NCBI GenBank assembly: GCA_964016885.1
Contig: OZ024747.1
Location: 4,030,001-4,094,000 of the forward strand
DNA length: 64,000 bases
Origin: Eledone cirrhosa
Lineage: Eukaryota
Direction: 5' to 3'
Shown here: in pieces, positions 1 through 12,644 of the stretch
Numbering within the stretch: position 1 is the stretch's first letter
How the letters are laid out: every line of letters starts with the position of its first letter
Program-made: the position numbers and the translations under genes
The notes under the pieces: generated by a model
What the model was told of the DNA's origin: nothing
What the model saw: the letters and a program-made list of their open reading frames with translations, nothing else
Databases searched by the model: none

Positions 1-38
1 AGTGATGTCTGGTGTTGAAACTTTCTTAAGTGAAGATT

Positions 39-234
39 GATCTATCACTGGACCAATACCACTCTTTGAACAATGGTGACAGATATTGATCTATCACTGG
101 ACCAATACCACTCTTTGAACAATGGTGACAGATATTGATCTATCACTGGACCAATACCACTCTTTGAACAATGGTGACAGATATTGATCTATCACTGGAC
201 CAATACCACTCTTTGAACAATGGTGACAGATATC
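39..234. repeat. 49-bp tandem repeat, 4 near-identical copies
   Basis: Unit GATCTATCACTGGACCAATACCACTCTTTGAACAATGGTGACAGATATT starts at 39, 88, 137 and 186. Confidence 0.95.
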
Positions 235-271
235 CATTCCTTCTCCTAGAATGATGTCTTAACAAGAATAA

Positions 272-1000
272 GTATACATACATAAACATACTTACATAGA
301 TATACATACCTGCATACATAGATACATACGTACACAGGCACACATACATAGACATACATACATAGACATACATACCTGCATACATAGATACATACGTACA
401 CAGGCACACATACATAGACATACCTGCATACATAGATACATACGTACACAGGCACACATATATAGACATACCTGCATACATAGATACATACGTACACAGG
501 CACACATACATAGACATACCTGCATACATAGATACATACGTACACAGGCACACATATATAGACATACATACATAGACATACATACCTGCATACATAGATA
601 CATACGTACACAGGCATACATACATAGACATACATACATATACATACCTGCATACATAGATACATACGTACACAGGCACATATACATAGACATACATACA
701 TAGGCATACATACCTGCATACATAGATACATACGTACACAGGCACACATACATAAACATACTTACATAGGCATACATACATAGACATACATAGATACATA
801 CGTACACAGGCACACATACATAAACATACTTACATAGGCATACATACATAGACATAGATAGATACATACGTACACAGGCACACTTACATAAACATACTTA
901 CATAGGCATACATACATAGACATACATAGATACATACGTACACAGGCACACTTACCTAAACATACTTACATAGGCATACATACATACCTGCATGCATACA
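272..1000. repeat. (TACA/TAGA)-derived minisatellite
   Basis: Recurring CCTGCATACATAGATACATACGTACACAGGCAC unit with variable TACA spacers. Confidence 0.9.
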
Positions 1001-1239
1001 GGCGTGTGTATGTGTATGATGCCATAACTCCTGATAGAGTGATAGGGGCACCATATTGATATACAACATTTCTTGGGCATTTTATGGCTGGCAGAGCCCT
1101 TCCCTCACCAGGCCTCAGTACAGTAGATTTCTTCCAGAGAAAGATAGAGGGTGAGAGAAAGGAAGTGAGAAAGAGATATAGAGGAAGATTCAACCCCAGT
1201 ACTAGACTGGTACTTTATTTATTGACCTAAAAAAAAACC

Positions 1240-3247
1240 TTTTTCATCTCCACGTGTCTAACACATGTGGACATGCCTACAAAGTCAGAAAACAGCACAG
1301 CTCCCATGACTTTTGGAAACATTTTTTCATGCTCAGAGTTGCTGAAGCATGGAACAAACTACCTGCATCAGTTGTTAACTGTCAAGAGACTGCATCCTTT
1401 AAAACCTCCATGGAACAAACTGCCTGCTTCAGTTGTTAGCTGCCGAGACACTGCATCCTTTAAAACCTCCATGGAACAAACTCCCTGCATCAGTTGTTAG
1501 CTGTCAAGAGACTGCATCCTTTAAAACCTCCATGGAACAAACTGCCTGCGTCAGTTGTTAGCTGCCGAGACACTGCATCCTTTAAAACCTCCATGGAACA
1601 AACTACCTGCATCAGTTGTTAGCTGTCAAGAGACTGCATCCTTTAAAACCTCCATGGAACAAACTGCCTGCTTCAGTTGTTAGCTGCCGAGACACTGCAT
1701 CCTTTAAAACCTCCATGGAACAAACTACCTACATCAGTTGTTAGCTGCCAAGACACTGCATCCTTTAAAACCTCCATGGAACAAACTGCCTGCATCAGTT
1801 GTTAGCTGCCGAGACACTGCATCCTTTAAAACCTCCATGGAACAAACTACCTGCATCAGTTGCTAGCTGCCGAGACACTGCATCCTTTAAAACCTCCATG
1901 GAACAAACTACCTGCATCAGTTGCTAGCTGCCGAGACACTGCATCCTTTAAAACCTCCATGGAACAAACTACCTGCATCAGTTGTTAGCTGTCAAGAGAC
2001 TGCATCCTTTAAAACCTCCATGGAACAAACTGCCTGCTTCAGTTGTTAGCTGCCGAGACACTGCATCCTTTAAAACCTCCATGGAACAAACTACCTACAT
2101 CAGTTGTTAGCTGCCAAGACACTGCATCCTTTAAAACCTCCATGGAACAAACTGCCTGCATCAGTTGCTAGCTGCCGAGACACTGCATCCTTTAAAACCT
2201 CCATGGAACAAACTGCCTGCATCAGTTGTTAGCTGCCAAGACACTGCATCCTTTAAAACCTCCATGGAACAAACTGCCTGCATCAGTTGTTAGCTGCCGA
2301 GACATTGCATCCTTTAAAACCTCCATGGAACAAACTGCCTGCATCAGTTGTTAGCTGCCAAGACACTGCATCCTTTAAAACCTCCATGGAACAAACTACC
2401 TGCATCAGTTGTTAGCTGTCAAGAGACTGCATCCTTTAAAACCTCCATGGAACAAACTGCCTGCTTCAGTTGTTAGCTGCCGAGACACTGCATCCTTTAA
2501 AACCTCCATGGAACAAACTACCTACATCAGTTGTTAGCTGCCAAGACACTGCATCCTTTAAAACCTCCATGGAACAAACTACCTGCATCAGTTGCTAGCT
2601 GCCGAGACACTGCATCCTTTAAAACCTCCATGGAACAAACTACCTGCATCAGTTGTTAGCTGTCAAGAGACTGCATCCTTTAAAACCTCCATGGAACAAA
2701 CTGCCTGCTTCAGTTGTTAGCTGCCGAGACACTGCATCCTTTAAAACCTCCATGGAACAAACTACCTACATCAGTTGTTAGCTGCCAAGACACTGCATCC
2801 TTTAAAACCTCCATGGAACAAACTGCCTGCATCAGTTGCTAGCTGCCGAGACACTGCATCCTTTAAAACCTCCATGGAACAAACTGCCTGCATCAGTTGT
2901 TAGCTGCCAAGACACTGCATCCTTTAAAACCTCCATGGAACAAACTGCCTGCATCAGTTGTTAGCTGCCGAGACACTGCATCCTTTAAAACCTCCATGGA
3001 ACAAACTGCCTGCATCAGTTGTTAGCTGCCAAGACACTGCATCCTTTAAAACACTCATGCTTCCCGAAATTTGCCAAAACTACACCTGATGTCCCTCTTC
3101 CATACACATGCACACATGTGTATATCATGACTCATGCACTGTTCATTTTCCTGACGTTTGTACATTACCCTATGTACTATACATACACTTTTGATGAGTT
3201 GTAGTGCACCTGAGCACTGTACACAATACTTCATTATTATTATTATA
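1240..3247 (+). mobile_element. 5'-truncated CR1-type LINE 3' end containing an internal tandem array
   Basis: Encodes SNTCGHAYKVRKQHSSHDFWKHFFMLRVAEAWNKLPASVV, the CR1/L2 ORF2 C-terminal TRGH...FF..RV...WN.LP motif, then a 3' UTR ending in (ATT)n. Matches copies at 6362 and 27525. Confidence 0.9.
1348..3052. repeat. 61-bp tandem array (about 28 copies) derived from CR1 ORF2 3' end
   Basis: Unit CATGGAACAAACTRCCTGCATCAGTTGTTAGCTGYCRAGACACTGCATCCTTTAAAACCTC. It is single-copy in the CR1 homolog at 6515-6576. Confidence 0.97.
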
Positions 3248-3365
3248 CATGAATGAAAGGCAAAGTTGACCTCGGCAGGATTTGAACTCAGAGAGCAGAA
3301 AGCCAGAATAAATACCATAAAGCATTCTATCTGACGATCTAATGACTCTGCCAATTCACCGCCTG

Positions 3366-3832
3366 CATGCATACATACAGACATACTTACATAGACCATG
3401 CATACACATACACATATACATATGTAAACATACATGTGTATGTATATACATACATGTGTACACATATACATACATAACCATACATGTGTACGTATATACA
3501 TACATGTGTACATATATACATACATAAACATACACGTGTACATATATACATGCATGTGTACATATATACATACATAAACATACACATGTACATATATGCA
3601 TACATAAACATACATGTGTACATATATATACATACATAAACATATACATATATATACATAAACATACATCTGTACACATATACATACATAAACATACATG
3701 TGTACATATATACATACATAAACATACATGTGTACATATATACATACATAAACATACATGTGTACATATATACATACATAAACATACATGTGTACATATA
3801 TACATACATAAACATACATGTGTACATATATA
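3366..3832. repeat. TACA/TGTA-rich minisatellite (about 30-bp unit)
   Basis: ACATACATAAACATACATGTGTACATATAT repeated. Confidence 0.9.
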
Positions 3833-4098
3833 CTTTCACACATTTATCCCAGATACAAACAACATCTGTTCAAATAGTTATTGTTCATATATATCTCATC
3901 ATATTTTCTTTCCATCTTCCATTTACAAAACACAGTTACATATTCAAAGTCCATTTTTACCCAATATTCCTGTTTTCACATCTCAATATTCAAATTACTC
4001 TCCTCACCATTTCTAGATCAGATCTCTACATCCAAACTTGCAAGATAATACTTAGAAATGCATAATATAAAAATGTGTTGATCTATGTGTGTATATAT

Positions 4099-4263
4099 CA
4101 TCATCATCATCATCATCATCGACGTTTAACGTCCGTGTTCCACGCTTGCATGGGTTTGGACGGGGGTAGTCCCACTTGAGGCAAGAGTGATTGTCTTGCT
4201 CGCATAGGACTGTCTGGCAGGTTTTCTACAGTTGGATGCCCTTCCTAACACCAACCACATTTA
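4099..4263 (-). mobile_element. RTE LINE 3' UTR fragment with (GAT)n tail
   Basis: Near-identical to 4283-4445 and flanked by (TA)n. Confidence 0.85.
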
Positions 4264-4282
4264 TCGTATATATATATATATA

Positions 4283-5366
4283 TCATCATCATCATCATCA
4301 TCAACGTTTAACGTCCGTGTTCCATGCTTGCATGGGTTTGGACGGGGGTAGTCCCACTTGAGGCAAGAGTGATTGTCTTGCTCGCATAGGACTGTCTGGC
4401 AGGTTTTCTACAGTCGGATGCCCTTCCTAACACCAACCACATTTACAGTGTGGGTCTGGGAGGTTTTTACCGTGTTGCCTACACGGCCACATTACAGCGT
4501 GGACTGTGTGTTTTTTTGTCGTGACACCTACACGATCTCATTTGTTTCGGCCTGGATGGCGCGGCACCAACATAACTTTACATAGAACGGGGTGGTGTGG
4601 ATGGGGTGGGGGTGGTGGCGGGACGGGGTGTATTTTGTTAGAGATGCCTACTGGCAAGGCGGGTCTTCTCTGTTACTGAGTACCGCCAAAGGTCTCGGTC
4701 CAGTGACATTGTCTTGGAGAGGTGTAAGTGTGTGAGGTCGGAGTTTATCAGCTCATCCCAGGTTTTTCTAGGTCTGCCTATTCCGTGGCTACCGTCTATC
4801 TTTATTGCCCTGCACTTTGTTATACAGCTATCGACTTTCATGCGCATCACGTGTCCATACCAACGCAGCCTTCTCTCGAGTAAACAACATCTGATCCCTC
4901 TTATCTCTAATTTTTTCCTTAGTTCGTTTATGCTTTGCCGTTCACGTATATTACTGTTACACATCCAGCGGAGCATGCAAGCTTCATTCCTCTCTAGTCT
5001 GCGTATATCCTCTGCACACAATGCCCAGGTCTCACTACCATGCAACATTGCTGTTCGTATGCAGGCATCGTACAACCTGCCTTTCATTTTTAGGGAGAAC
5101 CCTTTAGCAGCTAATAGTGGTATAAGCTCTCTGAACTTTTTCCAACCAGTTCTGACTCTAGCTACAGTACTTTCAGAGCACCCTCCCCCACTGCTGATTT
5201 TATCGCCCAGGTAACGGAAGCTGTCCACTATTTCTATAGAACCCTCTGCGCAATTGAAAGAGCTAGTATTTTGTGGGCACTTGCTGCTACTTATTGCACC
5301 AGAACACCGGCCACATGTAAAATCTATGTTCTTAGTTAGCTTACCTGTGATCCCACTACATCTTTT
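4283..5366 (-). mobile_element. 5'-truncated RTE-clade LINE (ORF 3' part, 350-nt 3' UTR, (GAT)n tail)
   Basis: ORF C-terminus followed by UTR and tail; both ends lie in (TA)n. Confidence 0.93.
4638..5366 (-). pseudogene. RTE reverse transcriptase C-terminal region (243 uninterrupted codons, no 5' end)
   Basis: Motifs [52 protein letters not shown] are typical of RTE ORF ends. The ORF-track N-terminus is (TA)n noise. Confidence 0.93.
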
Positions 5367-5401
5367 ATATATATATATATATATACGATTCTCGCTGAAT
5401 T

Positions 5402-5468
<67 letters not shown>

Positions 5469-5642
5469 TTGTATATATGTATATTTGTAGATAGATAGAT
5501 ATTTATATATATATATATATTTATTCATATATATATATATATATGCTCTTTATCCATATTCTATCTCTAACTACATATATTGGGTTTTCATTGTTGGACA
5601 TGCAAAGTTGTTTTTCTGAAGCTATTGTTGTTCCAGTGAAGG

Positions 5643-5708
5643 TATAAGCCTACATTTTCAACAAATAGACAGTATATATATATACTGTCTATTTGTTGAA
5701 AATGTAGG

Positions 5709-5714
<6 letters not shown>
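5643..5714. repeat. Perfect hairpin with (TA)n centre
   Basis: TATAAGCCTACATTTTCAACAAATAGACAG-(TA)n-CTGTCTATTTGTTGAAAATGTAGGCTTATA. Confidence 0.95.
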
Positions 5715-5780
<66 letters not shown>

Positions 5781-5927
5781 GTATGTATGTATGTATGTAT
5801 GTTAATCTGTATCTATGTATGTATATAAGTATGAATGCATGTATGTACCTGTGTATGTATGTTTGTATGTATATATGTATGTATGCACAAGTATCTATCT
5901 ATATATATATATATATGTATATATATA

Positions 5928-6271
5928 TACACCCCCGTCCCACCACCACCACCCCATCCACACCACCCCGTTCTATGTAAAGTTATGTTGGTGCAGCGCC
6001 ATCCAGGCCGAAACAAATGAGATCGTGTAGGTGTCACGACAAAAAAAAACACAGTCCACGCTGTAATGTGGCCGTGTAGGCAACACAGTAAAAACCTCCC
6101 AGACCCACACTGTAAATGTGGTTGGTGTTAGGAAGGGCATCCAACTGTAGAAAACCTGCCAGACAGTCCTATGCGAGCAAGACAATCACTCTTGCCTCAA
6201 GTGGGACTACCCCCGTCCAAACCCATGCAAGCGTGGAACACGGACGTTAAACGTTGATGATGATGATGATG
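5928..6271 (+). mobile_element. RTE 3' UTR-only copy, inverted relative to 4283-4632
   Basis: Near-perfect reverse complement of 4283-4632, with (GAT)n tail. Confidence 0.92.
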
Positions 6272-6361
6272 ATATATACATATATATATATACATATATT
6301 TATGTGTGCAATCGCATTCACTCTACCCCCATCCCCCTGCACACACATACACCCACATATA

Positions 6362-6704
6362 TATAAAAAATTGTTAACCATCTTGCCAACAACATCCCTG
6401 AGTGCCTTTTCGATTTCCATGTGTCTAACACACGTGGACATGCCCACAAAGTAAGAAAACAGCACAGTTCCCATGACTTTCGGAAACATTTTTTCACGCT
6501 CAGGGTTGCTGAAGCATGGAACAAACTCCCTGCATCAGTTGTTAGCTGTCGAGACACTGCATCCTTTAAGGCCTCCATGCTTCCCGAGATCCGCCAACAC
6601 TACAGCTAACACATACACACATGTACTTCCCTGACATTTGTGTATTATTCTATGTACTATATTGACGAGTTGTAGTGCACCTGAGCACTTTACACAATAA
6701 TTTC

Positions 6705-6730
<26 letters not shown>
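6362..6730 (+). mobile_element. CR1 LINE 3' fragment
   Basis: SNTRGHAHKVRKQHSSHDFRKHFFTLRVAEAWNKLPASVVSCRDTASFK followed by an (ATT)n tail. Confidence 0.9.
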
Positions 6731-6773
<43 letters not shown>

Positions 6774-7119
6774 TGAAGGACTGGGTTAAAGCAACCTTAT
6801 TTATCTATTTATTTAATTATATATTTATCTCCCTTTCTTCTCCCCTTCTCCTATCTTTCACTTCCCTTCTCCTCCTCCCCTTCTCCTCCTCTCTTCTCTG
6901 CCAAACTTCTTCCCAGCTTCTTATTTCAATTAACTTTTCGTTAATGAATGTTGAAATCATAGATTACTTATAAGAGTATTTAATTTATCTACAGCAAGAT
7001 TTTTTACTTGCTTTTGTTTGGTTGTTGTTGTTGTTGTATACAAGAATATTCCTTATTATCAGCTGCATCATTACTTATCAATTTCATTCACCCCTCTCCT
7101 GCACCTATCATTCATTATA

Positions 7120-7135
7120 CCATCACCATCATCAC

Positions 7136-7167
<32 letters not shown>

Positions 7168-9080
7168 ACAACATCATCATCTCATTTTGTTACTATCATC
7201 ATCATCATCACAAACACCAACACTATTATCATCATCATTATCATCATTATCATTTCAATTCGTTGCTATCACCATCATCATTACCATCGTCATCATCACC
7301 ACACCATCACCACATCATTGCCACCACCATCACCATCATCACCACATCATTGCCACATCATCACCACCATCACCACACTATCCTCACCATCACCACATCA
7401 CCACCACCATCTCCACATCATCACCACCATCACCACATCACCACCACACCATCACCACCATCTCCACATCACCACCACCATCTCCACATCATCCCCACTA
7501 TCACCACATCACCACCACACCATCACCACCATCTCCACATCTCACCACCATCACCACCATCACCACCATCACCACCACCACCACCACACCATCACCACCA
7601 TCACCACCATCACCACCATCACTACACTATCCTCACCATCACCACATCACCACCACCATCTCCACATCATCACCACCATCACCACATCACCACCACACCA
7701 TCACCACCATCTCCACACTATCACCACCACCACCACCATCACCACATCACCACCACACCATCACCACCATCTCCACACTATCACCACCACCACCACCATC
7801 ACCACCATCACCACATCACCACCACACCATCACCACCATCTCCACACCATCACCACCACCACCACACCATTCCCACACCATCACCACCATCACCACACCA
7901 TCCCCACATCATCACCACCATCACCACACCATCCCCACATCATCACCACCATCACCACACTATCCTCACCATCCCCACATCATCACCACCATCTCCACAC
8001 CATCACCACCATCCCCACACCATCACCACCCCATCACCACACCATCCCCACATCATCACCACCACCACCATCATCCCCACACCATCACCACCATCACCAC
8101 CATCACCACACCATCACCACCATCGCCACCATCACCACACCATCCCCACACCATCACCACCATCACCACCATCACCACACCATCCCCACACCATCACCAC
8201 CATCACCACACCATCACCACCATCGCCACCATCACCACACCATCCCCACACCATCACCACCATCACCACCATCACCACACCATCACCACCATCGCCACCA
8301 TCACCACACCATCCCCACACCATCACCACCATCACCACACCATCACCACCATCGCCACCATCACCACCATCGCCACCATCACCACACCATCACCACACCA
8401 TCACCACCATCGCCACCATCCCCACACCATCACCACCATCACCACACCATCACCACCATCACCACCATCCTCACCACATCATCATCATCACCACAGACAC
8501 CTATACTGTTGTCAGCTTCCATTATCTTCAATGTGATGATGATGATGACCATGGTGACAATAATGTTGACAACTATGATGATGATGACAATCATCAGCAT
8601 AGTTGTCATCTCATCAACACTAATATCACAGCTACTATCACTATAAATGGTGGTGATGACAGTGATGGTGATGGTGGTGGTGGTGGTGGTGATGATGATG
8701 GTGGTGGTGGTGGTGGTATTGAGGATAATGATGGTGGTGGTGGTGGTGGTGGTGGTATTGAGGATAGTGATGGTGGTGGTGGTGGTGGTGGTGATGGTAT
8801 TGAGGATAGTGGTGGTGGTGGTGGTGGTGGTGACAATGATGATGATGATGGGGGTGGTGGTGGTGGTGATGGTATTGAGGATAATGATGGTGGTGGTGGT
8901 GGTGGTGGTGACGACGACGATGATGATGATGGTGGTCGTGGTGGTGGTGGTGGTGGTATTGAGGATAATGATTGAGGATGATGGTAAAAATGATGATGGT
9001 GATTGTGATGATGATGGTGGTAGCGGTGGGTATGGTGGTAATGAACATGATATTGATGATGATAAAGATGATGATGATAT
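7120..9080. repeat. Compound (CAC/CAT)n tract followed by opposite-strand (GGT/GAT)n tract
   Basis: Trinucleotide simple repeats with a strand switch near 8500-8640. Confidence 0.95.
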
Positions 9081-9468
9081 AAATCATGGTTATCTTCCTC
9101 CTCAAAAACATCATCATCATTATAGTCATTATTTATTTTCTTCTTATTATTATTGTCAATGCTACACTAATTAAATCTTCCTCTAGTCTCCCCTGTCAAG
9201 TGTCTTTTTCTATTTAGAAAGAATACATTTGTATATGTTACATGAATTTCTTTCTTCATATTTCTATTGAAATCTATATTTGCTGTTTTATTTTCTTCAC
9301 AATGTTATCTCTTCTTCACTCTGTTAAACTTAGTTTTAATGATGCCTTTTAGCTTTCATCCATTTCAATATAACTTATGTGACAGAGTAGCATTTATAAT
9401 CCAACTAGTTCATTACTTACTCAGCATTCTCAATTGATATCACCAATGAAATGTCTAACAGTGATCAA

Positions 9469-9786
9469 ATAGAGCAGATATTTGTTACTAATAGATCTTC
9501 TGGAATGTTGATCTGTGGTTCTACACATGATAGAGAAGATAATAGTTAATAATAGAACTTGTGGAATGTTGAGCCCTGGTTCTATTTTACATAATAACTA
9601 TTATCTGCTCTGCCATGGGTAGCAGAGCAAGGGATCAACATTGCAGAAGATCTATTACTAACTAGTATCTACTCCACCACAGCTCAACATTGCAGATCTC
9701 CAGAAATTTTGAGCTGTGGTTCTACACATGATAGAGCAGATAATAGTTAGTAATAGAACTCCTGGGATGTTGAGCTGTGGTTCTAT
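9469..9786. repeat. About 61-bp repeat cluster in direct-inverted-direct arrangement
   Basis: ATAGAGCAGATAATAGTTA.TAATAGA.CT..TGG.ATGTTGAGCTGTGGTTCTA at 9469, 9530 and 9731; reverse-complement pieces at about 9594-9695. Confidence 0.75.
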
Positions 9787-10783
9787 TACCGAAAAATGCC
9801 TCAGTGGACTGAGACCAGTGGCCAGTGGTCAACTGAGAGACAATCAACAAAATGGGTGACAGATGAAATATAGAAATGATTGAACGAGGAGGAGGACAAG
9901 AAGTGTGTTGACATAAAAAGGGACTGGAATAAAGAAATAAAGAAAGGAGATGTACAAGACAAGTATAGGCAGACACACATTATTACCCTTGTATCTGGGA
10001 TCACAGACCTAGGATGACTCCCAGTCTCATCAAACAAGAAGAAGAAGAAGCTCTTAAATATCTCAGCCCAACATCATCAGTTCTTGTATCAACTTGTCTG
10101 TGTTGGCAAAGTTGGATTAGAAAGTAATCTAAAGCCAAATAACTTTCCTGGTATTAAGGATAAAAGGCAAAGTTAACCTCAGCAGGATTTGAAATCAGAA
10201 TATAGAGATATTTAATTAAATACTGAAAAAATGATTTTTACCAGTCAAATAACCATCACCATCATCATCATCACCACAACAACAATAAAAATAGCTGTTA
10301 TTTTCCTTTCTTTTTCTGCCATTTTCAGTCTAATAGAGTTTAAAAAAAAGATGTTTGTGTCAATCTGGAGATACAAGACCATATTCTTTGACAATATTCT
10401 CGTTAGAATTCATATTTTAGTAATTCTAATTTCACATATATTTCTCACTTTATCTTCTCTTTAACAATCTTTATTGGATCACATACATTCTGATAGTTCT
10501 GATAGTCATAATTTATATGAACACTAATTGCAATTTAGCAAATCTCCTAATTTCATTAGTCATAATTGTGGAGGAATCTAAGGAAGAGAAGCCATTTAAA
10601 TCTCAAGACAAATCATACGGACATGGATATTGCCAAAGAAAACAAACACTGAGCTTAGCTTTTTTTTCTTTTTCTATTCTATTTACACATATTATTTATA
10701 AAGGTGTGGGTGTTATCATGTGTATGTTTGTTAATCTGGAATACTTTCACATTTGTGTAAATATGAGTAGCAGTCTACCAATA

Positions 10784-10841
<58 letters not shown>

Positions 10842-11103
10842 ACAACATTGATTCCTCCCTGTAAAAGGCTATGACCACTACCACTTCTGTTAGACTAGCC
10901 AAGCAAAAGAATATATAAACTCCCTATACATGGATTAGTTGGGTTTGTTCCATTAGAGGCAAGTTGGGTCAGGTGACCATGTTTTGCTCATATAGGACTG
11001 TTTGGGGCTAGATTTCTATGGATGGATGCCCTACCTAATGTCAACCTCATTTACAGTGTGTGCTGAATGCTTTTTGTCATGCCTCCTACACAACCACTTT
11101 ACA

Positions 11104-11189
<86 letters not shown>

Positions 11190-11236
11190 CACAAGAAATA
11201 GATGACCAAGGTTCAATAGTTAATACATTATTTATT

Positions 11237-11302
11237 TAATTTATACGTGTTTCATTCTCTCTTATTATTTACAATACCCTTATAGAGAGATCATCAGGAT
11301 CA
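11237..11302 (-). ncRNA. Type I hammerhead ribozyme motif (PLE-type), core intact, stem I imperfect
   Basis: Minus strand: ugauc CUGAUGA ucucucu...agagagaau GAAA cacgua UA aauua. Confidence 0.55.
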
Positions 11303-11586
11303 ATTATATACAACATATAAAGTGTTATATCTACATTCTTCAGCATTATTTAAAGAGTCTGGTGTGACACTGCCAGCAGTTACCCTCCCTTATTCTTCAT
11401 GGCTCCTCTTGGAGTTTTCAGAACATCATACGTTTCATATTGTACTGTTGTTATTTTGTTATTGTTGCTGCTATTACTGTTGCTGTTTTTTCCAGTTGTC
11501 ATTATAGCAATCATTATCATCTCCACAACAATCATTTCTAGCTAATCGTAATCATTTTCATCATCATCATCATTATCATCATTAGT

Positions 11587-12070
11587 GCGGTAGATTGACA
11601 GTATCTGTAGAGCGTCGGACAATATGCTTTTTGGTATGAGGTTACGCCTGTTTCTGATCTGTGTTCAAATCCCGCAGAGGTTAGCTTTGCCTTTCATCCT
11701 TACAGGGTTGATAAAATAAAGCACCAGTAATGCACTGAGGTCAATTTAATCGACTTGCCTCTTCCCAAAAATTGCTGGCCTTGTGCCTAAAGTAGAAACA
11801 ATTATTGCTATCATCGTTACATCACCATTGTCAATATATTCTTAAAGACATCCACAGGGTGGTGGAGTGACAGTAACATCGGACAACATGCTTTTCAGTA
11901 GGTAGTTATGGTCCTTTATGTTTTAAGTTCAAATCCTGCTGAGATTAGCTTTGCCTTTCATCTTTACTTAGTCAATAAATTAAAGTACCAGTAATGCAGT
12001 GGGGTTGATTTAATTAACTTTTCCCATCCCAAAAGTTGTCGGTTGGCTTTGTGTCTAACTCCGAAACCAT
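11587..12070 (+). mobile_element. Two tandem diverged family A SINEs
   Basis: B-box GTTCAAATCC, core TTTGCCTTTCATC..GATAAAATAAAGnACCAG, tail GGCCTTGTGCCTAAAGTAGAAAC. Confidence 0.85.
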
Positions 12071-12315
12071 TATTATCATCAACCTCTATCTTCATCACCA
12101 TTACCACCAACATCCCCACTATAACCATCATCATCATCATATTCTTTTTGAGTCTGCTTTTATTTTTTTCTGTTGTTTCTGTTTTTTTTCTGTTGTTTCT
12201 GTTTTTTTTCTGTTGTTTCTGTTTTTTTTCTTTTACTATTATTTTTGTTAATTTATTTATTTATTTTGCAAATCAAGTCCTCATTATTTTTTTTTTCTCT
12301 ACGTAACTTCTCCAG

Positions 12316-12599
12316 GTACGAAATCTTGCCAAACAGAACTGGTCCCGAAATCAATTAAAAAGTCCATACCACTTACCCTTAACAGACCTAAGAACTTAAG
12401 CAGCACAACATCGGGAAGTTCTCAGAAGACTAATGTCAACCAGAATACAACATGCAATGACGTTATTGATCTAAAATCAACAAGAGTAACCAGTGCCAGC
12501 CCTAGCTTATTACCACAACCATGGAATCTACCAATGAGAAATAGTTTCACCTCTTATGCAAAGCCTTTGCCAGCTGTACCAAGAGTACCATATCAGTAA
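12316..12599 (+). CDS. Probable terminal coding exon of an unidentified host gene (Ser/Thr/Pro-rich disordered C-terminus)
   Basis: Long polypyrimidine tract and acceptor TTCTCCAG|G at 12315/12316. Phase-1 frame is open for 93 codons of non-repetitive sequence (TKSCQTELVPKSIKKSIPLTLNRPK...SYAKPLPAVPRVPYQ) to TAA 12597-12599. Confidence 0.65.
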
Positions 12600-12644
12600 C
12601 AAGCAATCCTGCATATATATATATATACGTGTGTGTGTGTGTTA

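Larger units (their letters stand above)
1020..3365 (-). mobile_element. tRNA-derived SINE (family A head/core, long-tail variant), split by a CR1 insertion
   Basis: 1020-1228 joined to 3250-3365 aligns collinearly with the uninterrupted copy at 26317-26642 (...CCCCAGTAnTAGACTGGTACT..TTATTGAC | ATGAAAGGCAAAGTTGA..GGATTTGAACTCAGA). Confidence 0.85.

Noticed and set aside
1348-3052. CRISPR-like array
   Set aside because: Head-to-tail units with no unique spacers, derived from CR1 sequence, eukaryotic context, no cas genes.
7008-9174. His/Pro/Gly-rich 500-650 aa ORFs
   Set aside because: Open in all three frames because (CAC/CAT)n lacks stop codons; no splice or complexity evidence.
10560-10660. 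Exon candidate IIVEESKEEKPFKSQDKSYGHG
   Set aside because: Weak acceptor and no plausible donor before the frame runs into a T-rich tract.
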